This document shows, one piece after another, positions 1 through 10,487 of a stretch of DNA of 64,000 nt; position 1 is the stretch's first letter; each line of letters opens with the position of its first letter. The translations under genes and the position numbers were made by a program. The DNA is from an uncultured Actinomycetota bacterium (lineage in GTDB: Bacteria > Actinomycetota > Actinomycetes > JACCUZ01). The stretch lies in assembly GCA_963784645.1 (NCBI GenBank), contig CAWARY010000018.1:121378-185377 (forward strand), given 5' to 3'. The notes under the pieces are model-generated. The model was given only the letters and a program-made list of their open reading frames with translations, did not search any database and was not told where the DNA came from.

Positions 1-1608
1 GCGGGGCGCCGGCACGCCGTCCGCACCGAGGTCGGCGACGACGAGCCCGTCCTCGCCGCGCTTGGCCCGGTAGAGGGCGGCGTCCGCGGCCCGGTAGAGC
101 CCGGCCGGGTCCCAGCCGGTGTCGGGCGCCGAGAGCGCCATCCCGATGCTCGCGCTCACGACCAGACCCGGCGAGACGTCGTCCCAGCCCTGGTCCTGGA
201 TGCTGCGGAGCAGGTCGCGGGCCCGTTCCTGCGCGATCGTCGGCGTCAGGTCGACCCCGCTGAGCAGGACGGCGAACTCGTCCCCGCCGTGTCGCACCGC
301 GAGGTCCTCGGGGCGTACGGCGGCCTGCAGCAGGCGACCGATCCGGCGCAGCACCTCGTCACCGCTGCTGTGGCCGTGGCCGTCGTTCACCTCCTTGAAG
401 CCGTCGAGGTCGACGAGGACCAGCGCCGTGATCCGGGGTGCCGACGGCGGCGCCTGCCCCAGCCACGCGTCGAACGCCCGACGGTTGTGCAGCCCCGTCA
501 GCGGGTCGGTGTTGGCGGCGGTCACCAGCCGCTCGTGCTCGCTACCGCGGCGCTCGGCGCTGATCTGGGCGCGGGCCGAGACCAGCACCGCCTCCCGCGA
601 CTCCCAGCGCAGCCGGCCCAGCAGTCTCGCGTGGTCGGCCTGGGCGCGGACCGCCTCCGTGGGCGCCCGGCCGGCCAGCACCTGGGCGCGGACCCAGGTG
701 AGGAAGCTGGCGGATGCCGACGAGGCCGACGCCGCGGTGGTGAGCCGCTGGCAGGCCGCGACGGCGGCGAGGTCGTCACCGGACTGCCACAGCGACCACG
801 CCACGGCGGCGTCCAGCAGGGGCAGCGCCTCGACGTCGCCGTCCTCGACGAGAGAGTCGCGGCAGGCCTCGATCTCCGGCAGCAGGCGGCCGGGCGCGCC
901 GCCGGCGAGCAGCGACGCGATGACGCCCAGGGCCTCGACGTCGCGTCGCCAGAGCGGCGGGAGGTCCAGCGCCAGCGCGCCGGGGACGGCGGCCGCGGCC
1001 TGCGCGAGCCGGTCATGGCATTGCGCGGTGTCGCCGCTCTCGAGCAGGGCGACCGCCCACTCGACGCGGGTCAGCACCCGGTTGACGGCGACGGCGTTGG
1101 CCATCGCCGGTACCTCGCAGCGAGCCTCCAGCGCGTGGGCCCGGCCGTAGAGCTCGTCGACGAGCTCCCACAGCCGCAGCGTGTTGAAGGCTGCGCCGGC
1201 GATGACGTAGCCGGTGCAGCGGTCCAGCGGCGGTTGCGACTCGTCGTCGAGCCGGGCGACGGCCAGGCTGGCGTCGGCCATCAGGCTCATGCTGTCCGAC
1301 ATCGTGCCCGAGGCGAGGGCCCGCAGCCCGAGAGTGACCGCGTGCAGGGCGGTCAGGCCGGCGTTCTCCGCCCGGCGGCACAAGGGCGTGACGTCGTCCG
1401 GGTGCACGGACCGGCCGCGGGCGGCGAGGTCGTGCACCAGCCGGGCGCCGTCGAGGACGATGCCGACGTCGGTCCAGCCGCGGCGTCGGGCCTCGGCGGT
1501 GGCGGCCGGGATGGCGGCGTACGACTCTGCCCGACGCTCGCTCTGCACGCCCTCGAACAGCGCATAGGCAGCGTGGTAGTGCTCGGCGTGCGTGCTGACC
1601 GGTCCCAC
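1..1608 (-). CDS. GGDEF-domain diguanylate cyclase with a ~350-aa N-terminal helical (TPR-like) region; C-terminus runs off the window
   Basis: Not in the ORF track because there is no stop in the window. Reverse translation of 1-420 reads ...ALVLVDLDGFKEVNDGHGHSSGDEVLRRIGRLLQAAVRPEDLAVRHGGDEFAVLLSG...SASIGMA...LYRAKRGE. GTG start at 1608 is preceded by AAGGAGGG (reverse complement of 1612-1619). High GC3 in this frame. Confidence 0.85.
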   Translation of the reverse strand, partial: MGPVSTHAEHYHAAYALFEGVQSERRAESYAAIPAATAEARRRGWTDVGIVLDGARLVHDLAARGRSVHPDDVTPLCRRAENAGLTALHAVTLGLRALASGTMSDSMSLMADASLAVARLDDESQPPLDRCTGYVIAGAAFNTLRLWELVDELYGRAHALEARCEVPAMANAVAVNRVLTRVEWAVALLESGDTAQCHDRLAQAAAAVPGALALDLPPLWRRDVEALGVIASLLAGGAPGRLLPEIEACRDSLVEDGDVEALPLLDAAVAWSLWQSGDDLAAVAACQRLTTAASASSASASFLTWVRAQVLAGRAPTEAVRAQADHARLLGRLRWESREAVLVSARAQISAERRGSEHERLVTAANTDPLTGLHNRRAFDAWLGQAPPSAPRITALVLVDLDGFKEVNDGHGHSSGDEVLRRIGRLLQAAVRPEDLAVRHGGDEFAVLLSGVDLTPTIAQERARDLLRSIQDQGWDDVSPGLVVSASIGMALSAPDTGWDPAGLYRAADAALYRAKRGEDGLVVADLGADGVPAPR

Positions 1609-1759
1609 CTGCCCTCCTTGGACGAGATCCCGGGTCGCACGATCGTCGCAGGAAGCCCGTCTCGGAGAGCATCGACCGGTCCCGGCGGGGACTTGACCGG
1701 CGCGCTCGAGCGGCGAGCCCGATCAGATCTCCGGGGGACGGCGAACAGCGACTACCTGC

Positions 1760-2071
1760 TCAGCCGGGCCCGCCGGAGTCAGTGCCCGAGCCGGACAGGA
1801 TCTGGTCGACGCGGGCGGCCAGCTCGACGTCCTTCGCGGTGACGCCGTCCTCGCTGTGGGTCCAGAGCCGCAGCACCAGGGCGTCGGGCTCGCGGGAGAC
1901 GTCCGGGTGGTGGCCCATCGCGTCACCGGCCTCGGCGAGTGACCGCATCATCGCCTCCTGGCTGTCGCCCGGGACGTCCACCCGCCGGGTGAGTGCGTCG
2001 CCGTCGTAGGCCCAGCCGGGCAGCGCCTCGAGCGCCGTCTGGATCTGGTCGTGGTCGAGGAGGTCAACCAT
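1760..2071 (-). CDS. 4a-hydroxytetrahydrobiopterin (pterin-4a-carbinolamine) dehydratase
   Basis: 103-aa ORF MVDLLDHDQIQTALEALPGWAYDGDALTRRV...GHHPDVSREPDALVLRLWTHSEDGVTAKDVELAARVD. Typical PCD size and HHP/W-T-H motif pattern. Confidence 0.8.
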   Translation of the reverse strand: MVDLLDHDQIQTALEALPGWAYDGDALTRRVDVPGDSQEAMMRSLAEAGDAMGHHPDVSREPDALVLRLWTHSEDGVTAKDVELAARVDQILSGSGTDSGGPG

Positions 2072-2101
2072 GGGTTGCGGGCCTTCCTGCTCCTGATGGC
2101 G

Positions 2102-3451
2102 TCACGTGGTCGTGACGTTCATGTCCTCCAGGTTGGCCCGCACACCTGCCAGCCGCGGGTTGCCGGACCAGAGCTGCTCCGCCTCGCGCATCGCCGAGCC
2201 CGACTCCCCGCCCTCGCCGAGGCCGGCCAGAGCCTCGGCCAGCGTCACGAGGTCGTCGGCCCGGGTGTACTGGTCGCGGTCCCAGGCGATGGCCTCCCGC
2301 GCGTGCTCGGCGGCCTCGGCGAGGCGGCCGTGCACGAGCTGGTGCAGTGCGTGCGTGCCGGCGAGCACGGTGCCGGTGCTCGCGGCCCGCTGCGCCTCCT
2401 GCAGCGTCACCGAGATCTCGTCCTCGACCCGGTCGAGCGACAGCTGGTTGGACTCGACGGCGCACAGGAGGGCCCACACGTGGGCCGACAGCGCGTCCAG
2501 ACGGCCGGTACGGCTCCGGCCGACGTGCTGGGTCCAGGTGCGGGTCACCTCGGCGGCCTCGTCGAACCGGCCCTGCGCCGAGAGCGACCTGGCGAGGGTC
2601 TTGAGGGCGGACACGTCGGACGGCTTGTCGCGCAGCCGGTCACGCGCCTGCGACTCGGCGGCGTCGGTGTCGCCGGTGGACAGGCTGCGGCTCGCCGCCA
2701 TCGCCGTACGGCGGGGGATCTTGGAGCCCAGCCAGATCAGCGGGTCGTACTTCGTGTCGACCACGCGCTCCTTCATGGGGATGATCGCGTTGTCGGTGAT
2801 CTTGATGTGTTCGGGGCAGACCTCGGTACAGCACTTGGTGATGTTGCACATGCCGAGGCCGTGCGTGTCCTGGGCCTCTCGCTTGCGGTCCTTGCTGTCC
2901 AGCGGGTGCATGTCGAGCTCGGCCAGCCGGATGAAGAACCGGGGGCCGGCGAAGGACTCCTTGTTCTCCTCGTGGTCGCGGACCACGTGACAGGTGTCCT
3001 GGCAGAGGAAGCACTCGATGCACTTGCGGAACTCCTGGCTCCGCTCGACGTCGACCTGCTGCATGCGGTACTCGCCGGGCGCGAGGTCGGCGGGCGGCGC
3101 GAACGCCGGGACCTCACGGGCCTTCTGGTAGTTGAAGGACACGTCGGTGACGAGGTCCTTGACCACGGGGAAGGCCCGCAGAGGCGTGACGGTGATGACC
3201 TCGTCCTCGGTGAACGTGCTCATCCGAGTCATGCACATGAGTCGCGGCCGGCCGTTGACCTCGGCGCTGCACGAGCCGCACTTGCCGGCCTTGCAGTTCC
3301 ACCGGACGGCGAGGTCCGGCGTCTGGGTGGCCTGCAGCCGGTGGATGATGTCGAGGACGACCTCGCCCTCCTTCACCTCGACCGTGAAGTCCTCGAGGTC
3401 GCCGTCGGTGGCGTCGCCCCGCCACACGCGGAACCGCGCAGAATATGTCAT
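2102..3451 (-). CDS. sdhB: Succinate dehydrogenase/fumarate reductase iron-sulfur subunit, fused in frame to a ~200-aa C-terminal helical extension
   Basis: Start MTYSARFRVWRGD at 3451, with an ATGA overlap on the sdhA stop. Cys clusters CKAGKCGSCSAEVNG, CIECFLCQDTC and CNITKCCTEVCP. The canonical domain ends near aa 248 (..KYDPLIWLGSKIPRR). The frame then stays open with high GC3 to 2102. Confidence 0.9.
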   Translation of the reverse strand: MTYSARFRVWRGDATDGDLEDFTVEVKEGEVVLDIIHRLQATQTPDLAVRWNCKAGKCGSCSAEVNGRPRLMCMTRMSTFTEDEVITVTPLRAFPVVKDLVTDVSFNYQKAREVPAFAPPADLAPGEYRMQQVDVERSQEFRKCIECFLCQDTCHVVRDHEENKESFAGPRFFIRLAELDMHPLDSKDRKREAQDTHGLGMCNITKCCTEVCPEHIKITDNAIIPMKERVVDTKYDPLIWLGSKIPRRTAMAASRSLSTGDTDAAESQARDRLRDKPSDVSALKTLARSLSAQGRFDEAAEVTRTWTQHVGRSRTGRLDALSAHVWALLCAVESNQLSLDRVEDEISVTLQEAQRAASTGTVLAGTHALHQLVHGRLAEAAEHAREAIAWDRDQYTRADDLVTLAEALAGLGEGGESGSAMREAEQLWSGNPRLAGVRANLEDMNVTTT

Positions 3452-5364
3452 CAGGACCCCATCTCCTGCCCGGGCAGGATCGTCAGCTCGGCGTCGGTCA
3501 TGTACTTCGTCAGCTCGTCGCGCTCGAACAGCGAGAGCAGCTCGGGCGGCATCACCGGGAGCGGCTGCTGGGTCACCTCGACGCCCTCGCCCGAGGGCTT
3601 GCAGATGAGGTTCACCTTGCGCCACTCGGACGACATCGCCGGGTGGTCCTCGCGGGTGTGACCGCCGCGCGACTCCTCGCGGATGAGTGCTGCCCGCGCC
3701 ACGCACTCCGAGACGATCAGCATGTTGGGCAGGTCCAGCGCCAGGTGCCAGCCCGGGTTGAAGACCTTGTCGCCCTGGACCGTCATCTTCTTGGTGCGGG
3801 CCTTGAGCTTCTCGAGCTCAGCGAGCGCCTGGGTGACCTCGGCCTCGGTGCGGATGATGCCGACGAGGTCGTTCATCATCTGCTGCAGGTCGGCGTGGAT
3901 CGCGTAGGGGTTCTCGCCGCCGGAACCGGTGAAGGGCGCCTCGGCATCCTTCTGCGCGATCTCGATGTCGTGGTCGGTGATCACGGGGCGCGAGCGGCCC
4001 AGCGCGTCGACGTACTCGGCGGCCCCGAGACCGGCGCGGCGTCCGAAGACCAGCAGGTCGGACAGCGAGTTGCCTCCGAGCCGGTTCGAACCGTGCATGC
4101 CGCCGGCGACCTCGCCGGCCGCGAACAGGCCGGGCACCCTGGCAGCTGCGGTGTCGGGGTCGACCTCGACACCACCCATGACGTAGTGGCAGGTCGGTCC
4201 GACCTCCATCGGCTCGGCCGTGATGTCGACGTCCGCCAGCTCCTTGAACTGGTGGTACATCGACGGCAGCCGCTTGCGGATCTCGGTCGCCGGGAGGCGG
4301 GAGGCGATGTCGAGGAAGACGCCGCCGGCGGGGGAGCCCCGGCCGGCCTTCACCTCGGAGTTGATGGCCCGGGCGACCTCGTCGCGGGGGAGCAGCTCCG
4401 GGGGACGCCGGTTGTTGTCGGCGTCGGAGTACCAGCGGTCGGCCTCCTCCTCGGTCTCCGCGTACTGCTTGCGGAAGACCGCGGGGACGTAGTCGAACAT
4501 GAAGCGCTTGCCCTCGGAGTTCTTGAGGACGCCGCCGTCGCCCCGCACCGACTCGGTGACGAGGATGCCCTTGACCGAGGGCGGCCAGACCATGCCCGTG
4601 GGGTGGAACTGGACGAACTCCATGTTGACCAGCGTCGCGCCGGCCTTCATCGCGAGCGCGTGGCCGTCACCGGTGTACTCCCACGAGTTGGAAGTCACCT
4701 TGAAGGACTTGCCGATGCCGCCGGTGGCGAGCACGACAGCGGGTGCCTCGAAGACGACGAAGGTGCCGTCCTCGCGGGTGTAGCCGGCCGCGCCACAGAT
4801 CCTGCCCGAGTCACCGGCTGCGCTGTCCTTGAGCAGGGCGGTGATGGTCACCTCCGCGAAGACCTTGATCATCGCCTCCGCGTCGCCCTCGCTCCGGGCG
4901 TCGTCCTGCTGCAGCGACACGATCTTCTGCTGCAGGGTGCGGATCATCTCCAGGCCGGTGCGGTCGCCGACGTGCGCCAGCCGGGGGTACTCGTGCCCGC
5001 CGAAGTTGCGCTGGCTGATCTTGCCGTCCTTGGTGCGGTCGAACAGCGCGCCGTAGGACTCGAGCTCCCACACGCGGTCCGGTGCCTCCTTGGCGTGCAG
5101 CTCGGCCATCCGCCAGTGGTTGAGGAACTTGCCGCCGCGCATCGTGTCGCGGAAGTGGACCTGCCAGCTGTCCTTGCTGTTGACGTTGCCCATCGCAGCG
5201 GCTGCGCCGCCCTCGGCCATCACGGTGTGCGCCTTGCCGAACAGCGACTTGCAGACGATGGCGGTGCGCTTGCCCTGCATCCGCGCCTCGATGGCCGCGC
5301 GGAGGCCGGCCCCGCCGGCGCCGATCACGACGACGTCGTAGCTGTGGCGCTCGATCTGGCTCAT
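3451..5364 (-). CDS. sdhA: Succinate dehydrogenase/fumarate reductase flavoprotein subunit
   Basis: 637 aa. MSQIERHSYDVVVIGAGGAGLRAAIEA (FAD dinucleotide fold), ..HTVMAEGG.., HPTG, RGEGG-like and SNRLGGNSL motifs. Confidence 0.95.
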   Translation of the reverse strand: MSQIERHSYDVVVIGAGGAGLRAAIEARMQGKRTAIVCKSLFGKAHTVMAEGGAAAAMGNVNSKDSWQVHFRDTMRGGKFLNHWRMAELHAKEAPDRVWELESYGALFDRTKDGKISQRNFGGHEYPRLAHVGDRTGLEMIRTLQQKIVSLQQDDARSEGDAEAMIKVFAEVTITALLKDSAAGDSGRICGAAGYTREDGTFVVFEAPAVVLATGGIGKSFKVTSNSWEYTGDGHALAMKAGATLVNMEFVQFHPTGMVWPPSVKGILVTESVRGDGGVLKNSEGKRFMFDYVPAVFRKQYAETEEEADRWYSDADNNRRPPELLPRDEVARAINSEVKAGRGSPAGGVFLDIASRLPATEIRKRLPSMYHQFKELADVDITAEPMEVGPTCHYVMGGVEVDPDTAAARVPGLFAAGEVAGGMHGSNRLGGNSLSDLLVFGRRAGLGAAEYVDALGRSRPVITDHDIEIAQKDAEAPFTGSGGENPYAIHADLQQMMNDLVGIIRTEAEVTQALAELEKLKARTKKMTVQGDKVFNPGWHLALDLPNMLIVSECVARAALIREESRGGHTREDHPAMSSEWRKVNLICKPSGEGVEVTQQPLPVMPPELLSLFERDELTKYMTDAELTILPGQEMGS

Positions 5365-5437
5365 CGGTCGTTCATCCTTCGCCCCTTGAGGGAGTGCAGT
5401 GGGTCGGTCGGCCGACGCGCTCGCCCGTGCTCATACG

Positions 5438-6241
5438 TCAGTTGATGATGCGGAGGTCGCTGATGGTGCCGCTGGCAACGAGCCACACGTAGAGGTCCGC
5501 GATCACGATGCTGTACATCGAGATGAACGCGAACTGCCCGTGCCGGGCGTTGAGCTTGGAGACCTGGGTCCAGACCCAGTAGCGCACCGGGTGCCGAGAG
5601 AAGTGGTTGAGGCGCCCACCGGTGATGCTGCGGCAGGAGTGGCAGCCGAGCGTGTAGGCCCAGATCAGCGCGGCGTTGACCACGAGGATCACGGTCCCCA
5701 GCCCGATGCCCACACCGCCGCCGTCGCCGTGGAACGCGAGCACGGCGTCGTAGGTGAGGATCAGGCCGACGACGACCGCGGCGTAGAAGAACCAGCGGTG
5801 CGCGTTCTGGAAGATCAGCGGGAACTTGGTCTCGCCGGAGTAGGTCTTGTGCGGCTCGGCCACTGCGCACGCCGGCGGGGAGAACCAGAACGACCGGTAG
5901 TAGGACTTCCGGTAGTAGTAACAGGTGGCGCGGAAGCCGCCCGGCAGCGCCAGGATGATCATCGCGGGCGACATCCAGGCCGGGAGGCTGCCGATCGGCT
6001 GCCCGAACGGCGACGTGCCGTCGACGCAGTCCGTCGACAGGCACGGCGAGTAGAACGGCGCGATGTAGTGGAAGTCCTCGACGAAGTAGGACTTGTCCCA
6101 GAACAGCCGGACGGTCGCGTAGAGCAGGAAGATGCCGAGGGCGACGGCGTTGCCCAGCGGGAACAGCCACCACCTGTCCGTCCGCAGCGTGCGGGCGGAG
6201 ATCTTCGCCCGTCGTCCGTCGCCGGTCAGAGTGCTGCTCAT
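5438..6241 (-). CDS. Membrane anchor subunit of the SDH/FRD complex (multi-TM, Rv0249c-type)
   Basis: ATG at 6241 (MSSTLTGDGRRAKISARTLRTDRWWLFPLGNAVALGIFLLY...), 267 aa. Several hydrophobic helices and conserved CxxC/His positions. Lies directly upstream of sdhA on the same strand. Confidence 0.75.
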   Translation of the reverse strand: MSSTLTGDGRRAKISARTLRTDRWWLFPLGNAVALGIFLLYATVRLFWDKSYFVEDFHYIAPFYSPCLSTDCVDGTSPFGQPIGSLPAWMSPAMIILALPGGFRATCYYYRKSYYRSFWFSPPACAVAEPHKTYSGETKFPLIFQNAHRWFFYAAVVVGLILTYDAVLAFHGDGGGVGIGLGTVILVVNAALIWAYTLGCHSCRSITGGRLNHFSRHPVRYWVWTQVSKLNARHGQFAFISMYSIVIADLYVWLVASGTISDLRIIN

Positions 6242-6431
6242 CGCCGTCCCTGGTGACTCTTGGTCGGTCGGAGGATCGAGCCCGTCGCGGAGGCCGCGGC
6301 GAGCCGTGCGCCGGAGGCTGCCGCCGGTCAGTGTGTCACTCGGTCCCGAGGGGTGGACACGGGGGAGGGCGTGAGGTCGGCCACACCCGGCGCACCTCCC
6401 GGGCGCACCGCTCTCGCGCCCACCGCCTCCC

Positions 6432-8144
6432 GTGCGCGAAGATGCCGAAGTGTCAGGAACCCGGACAGACCAGGCACCGCCGGTCGACCCGCGGGAGCTG
6501 GCGTCCTCCGGCACGGCGGAGCCGGCCGGCGGCGCAGAGGCGCGGCTGCGGCTCCTGGTGGCCGCCACCGCGCACCTGTCGGACACCCTCGACCTCCGCG
6601 CCGTCGCGCGGGGCGTCGCCCGCACGGTGGTGCCGGCACTGGCCGACGCCGTGCAGGTCGACCTGGTCGAGGCTCTCTTCCACCCCGAGAGCGCAGCGGC
6701 GGCCGGGAGCGGCGGGGCCCTGCTCCGTGTCGCGAACGTCGATCGTGCGCTCGACGGTGCCAGCGACGGTCATGCGGCCGGTCCCGAGCAGGACGAGTGG
6801 ATCGGCTATCCGCCCGGCGGTGCCGCGGCCGCCGCGCTCGCGGCCGGCGTGACTGCGGGGGAGGGCGGCGAGGTGGGTCCGGGGAGCCTGTTCGTCCCGC
6901 TCCGGGCCCGGGGCCGCGTGCTCGGGCTGGTGGGGCTGCACCGGGTCGGTGCCGACACCCCGCCCTACGGCGCGGCCGACGTCGCGCTCGCCGAGGAGAT
7001 CGTGACCCGGGCCGCTCTCGCCCTCGACAACGTGCGGCTCTACGACGAGGCCCGCACGACCGCGATCGCACTCCAGCGCTCGCTGCTGCCGAGCCTGCAG
7101 CCGCGGGTCACCGGGGTCGACACCGCGCACCGCTACCTTCCGGGGCGCCGCGACCTGGGCGTCGGCGGTGACTGGTTCGACGTCATCCCGCTGTCCTGCG
7201 GCCGGGTGGCCTTCGTCATCGGCGACGTCATGGGGCGCGGCCTGCGGGCGGCGGCCACGATGGGCCAGCTGCGCACCGCGGTCCGCACCCTCGCGGTGCT
7301 CGACCCGATGCCCGAGGACGTCCTGCGACACCTCGACGACCTGGCGCAGAGCATCGACGAGGTCCAGCTCGCGACCTGCGTCTACGCGGTGTTCGACCCG
7401 GTGCGCCGTTCCCTGTCGTTCGCCACAGCCGGGCACCCGCCGCCGGTGCTGCAGGGACCCGGTGGCCTCGCCACCGCGCTGCCGCAGCCGTCGGGTGCTC
7501 CGCTCGGTGTGGGAGGAGTCCCCTTCGAGTCCACGACCGTCCCGGTCGAGGACGGGTCGCGGCTCGTGCTCTACACCGACGGTCTCGTCGAGTCGCGCGA
7601 CGTCGACATCGACGACGGCCTGCGCCGGCTGGCGCGCTCCCTGGAGGTGGGACCCGACGACCTCGACGCCCTCTGCGACCAGGTGCTGGCGGACCTGGGT
7701 CGGGACGAGGACCACGACGACGACGTCGCGCTCCTGGTCGCCTCGCTGGACGGCATCGACGGCCGGCGGGTCGCCGCCTGGGAGCTGGTAGGAGGGGTCG
7801 AGTCGGTCGCCGGGGCGCGTGCCTGGGTGCGCGAGCGGCTGGCGGCCTGGGCGATGGAGCCGGCCACGGAGGTCGCCGAGCTGCTCACGAGCGAGCTGGT
7901 GACCAACGCCCTGCGGCACGCGGCCGGCCCCGTCGAGCTGACCGTCCTGCGGCTGGACGAGATCGTCACGCTGGCGGTGAGCGACGCGAGCACCCCGCTG
8001 CCGCGGCTGCGCCCGGTCTCCGACGCCGACGAGGGCGGCCGCGGCCTGCAGCTGGTCGCGATGCTCGCCGCCCGCTGGGGCGCCCGGCCGACCGCGGCCG
8101 GCAAGGTCGTCTGGTGCGACCTGCCGCTCCCCCAAGGCCGTTGA
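6432..8144 (+). CDS. GAF - PP2C (SpoIIE-type) phosphatase - HATPase (RsbW-like) multidomain regulator
   Basis: 570 aa. GAF-like N-terminus. PP2C core ..VGGDWFDVIPL..VAFVIGDVMGRGLRAAATMGQLR...LVLYTDGLVESRD. C-terminal ..ELVTNALRHA...DEGGRGLQLV (anti-sigma kinase-like ATPase). Confidence 0.85.
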   Translation: MREDAEVSGTRTDQAPPVDPRELASSGTAEPAGGAEARLRLLVAATAHLSDTLDLRAVARGVARTVVPALADAVQVDLVEALFHPESAAAAGSGGALLRVANVDRALDGASDGHAAGPEQDEWIGYPPGGAAAAALAAGVTAGEGGEVGPGSLFVPLRARGRVLGLVGLHRVGADTPPYGAADVALAEEIVTRAALALDNVRLYDEARTTAIALQRSLLPSLQPRVTGVDTAHRYLPGRRDLGVGGDWFDVIPLSCGRVAFVIGDVMGRGLRAAATMGQLRTAVRTLAVLDPMPEDVLRHLDDLAQSIDEVQLATCVYAVFDPVRRSLSFATAGHPPPVLQGPGGLATALPQPSGAPLGVGGVPFESTTVPVEDGSRLVLYTDGLVESRDVDIDDGLRRLARSLEVGPDDLDALCDQVLADLGRDEDHDDDVALLVASLDGIDGRRVAAWELVGGVESVAGARAWVRERLAAWAMEPATEVAELLTSELVTNALRHAAGPVELTVLRLDEIVTLAVSDASTPLPRLRPVSDADEGGRGLQLVAMLAARWGARPTAAGKVVWCDLPLPQGR

Positions 8145-8200
8145 GTGGCGGGTTGTGGCAGAAATCTGGCCCCAGAAGTGCAACAGCGCGCCACTCAACG
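8139..8200. repeat. Hairpin repeat family 1, copy A (GTTGAGTGGCG..TGTTGCA / TGCAACAGCGCGCCACTCAAC)
   Basis: Arms 8140-8160 and 8179-8199 pair at 18 of 21 positions, with an 18-nt loop. The TGA stop of the preceding gene (8142-8144) lies inside the left arm. Related copies at 16868-16930 and 17076-17137. Confidence 0.8.
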
Positions 8201-8361
8201 CAACAGAACGGCGACAAGGTCGCTGACGGCGGCGAGCCACCCACGTGGCTCCGCCGTCATTGCTGCTCACCGGTACCACCGTCGGCGCGAGCGTCCGGGG
8301 GGCCGCCGCCGCGCCCGTAGACTGACGTGTCCCCTTCCCCGTACGGATCGAGCGTTCTCGC

Positions 8362-10233
<1,872 letters not shown>

Positions 10234-10487
10234 GGCGGCCGGCGACCCCCGACCGGGGCCGCCAGGCCCCGTGACCAGGCCCGATGCGCCAGGTATGACG
10301 GCTTGTCTCAGGGCGGTCACGATTGTGCAACAGAGGCTTCCGTCCATAGGTGTTCGGGTGGACATGTCCTAGAGTCCTGCTCCGGACGGCCTCCCGCCGC
10401 GCGCCAGCGCACTGTGTCGTGGGTGCCCGGACCGGACCGCGTCACCGGGGGATCGAACGTCGATCGAGGAGAGGTAGCGCCAGCTCT

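Noticed and set aside
2699-2701. Internal Met (MAASRSLS..) as the start of a separate gene downstream of sdhB
   Set aside because: There is no stop codon between the SdhB core and this Met, and no RBS or gap. As the sequence stands it is one ORF, so it is reported as a fusion, with a sequencing-error caveat in the finding.
2051-5445. Plus-strand ORFs of 536 and 666 aa (2051-3661 and 3445-5445) overlapping the sdh genes
   Set aside because: They are antisense to sdhB and sdhA, whose motifs are unambiguous. Composition is low-complexity, typical of shadow ORFs.
6260-7171. Arg-rich ORFs (6260-7171 +, 6328-7071 -) overlapping the 5' part of the GAF-PP2C gene
   Set aside because: Extreme Arg/Pro/Gly content and no motifs. 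They occupy an alternative frame of a gene with clear GAF and PP2C signatures.
10234-10262. GGCGGCC...GGCCGCC stem after typA as an intrinsic terminator
   Set aside because: Only a ~7-bp stem with a long loop and no T-tract. It is too weak to list as a feature.
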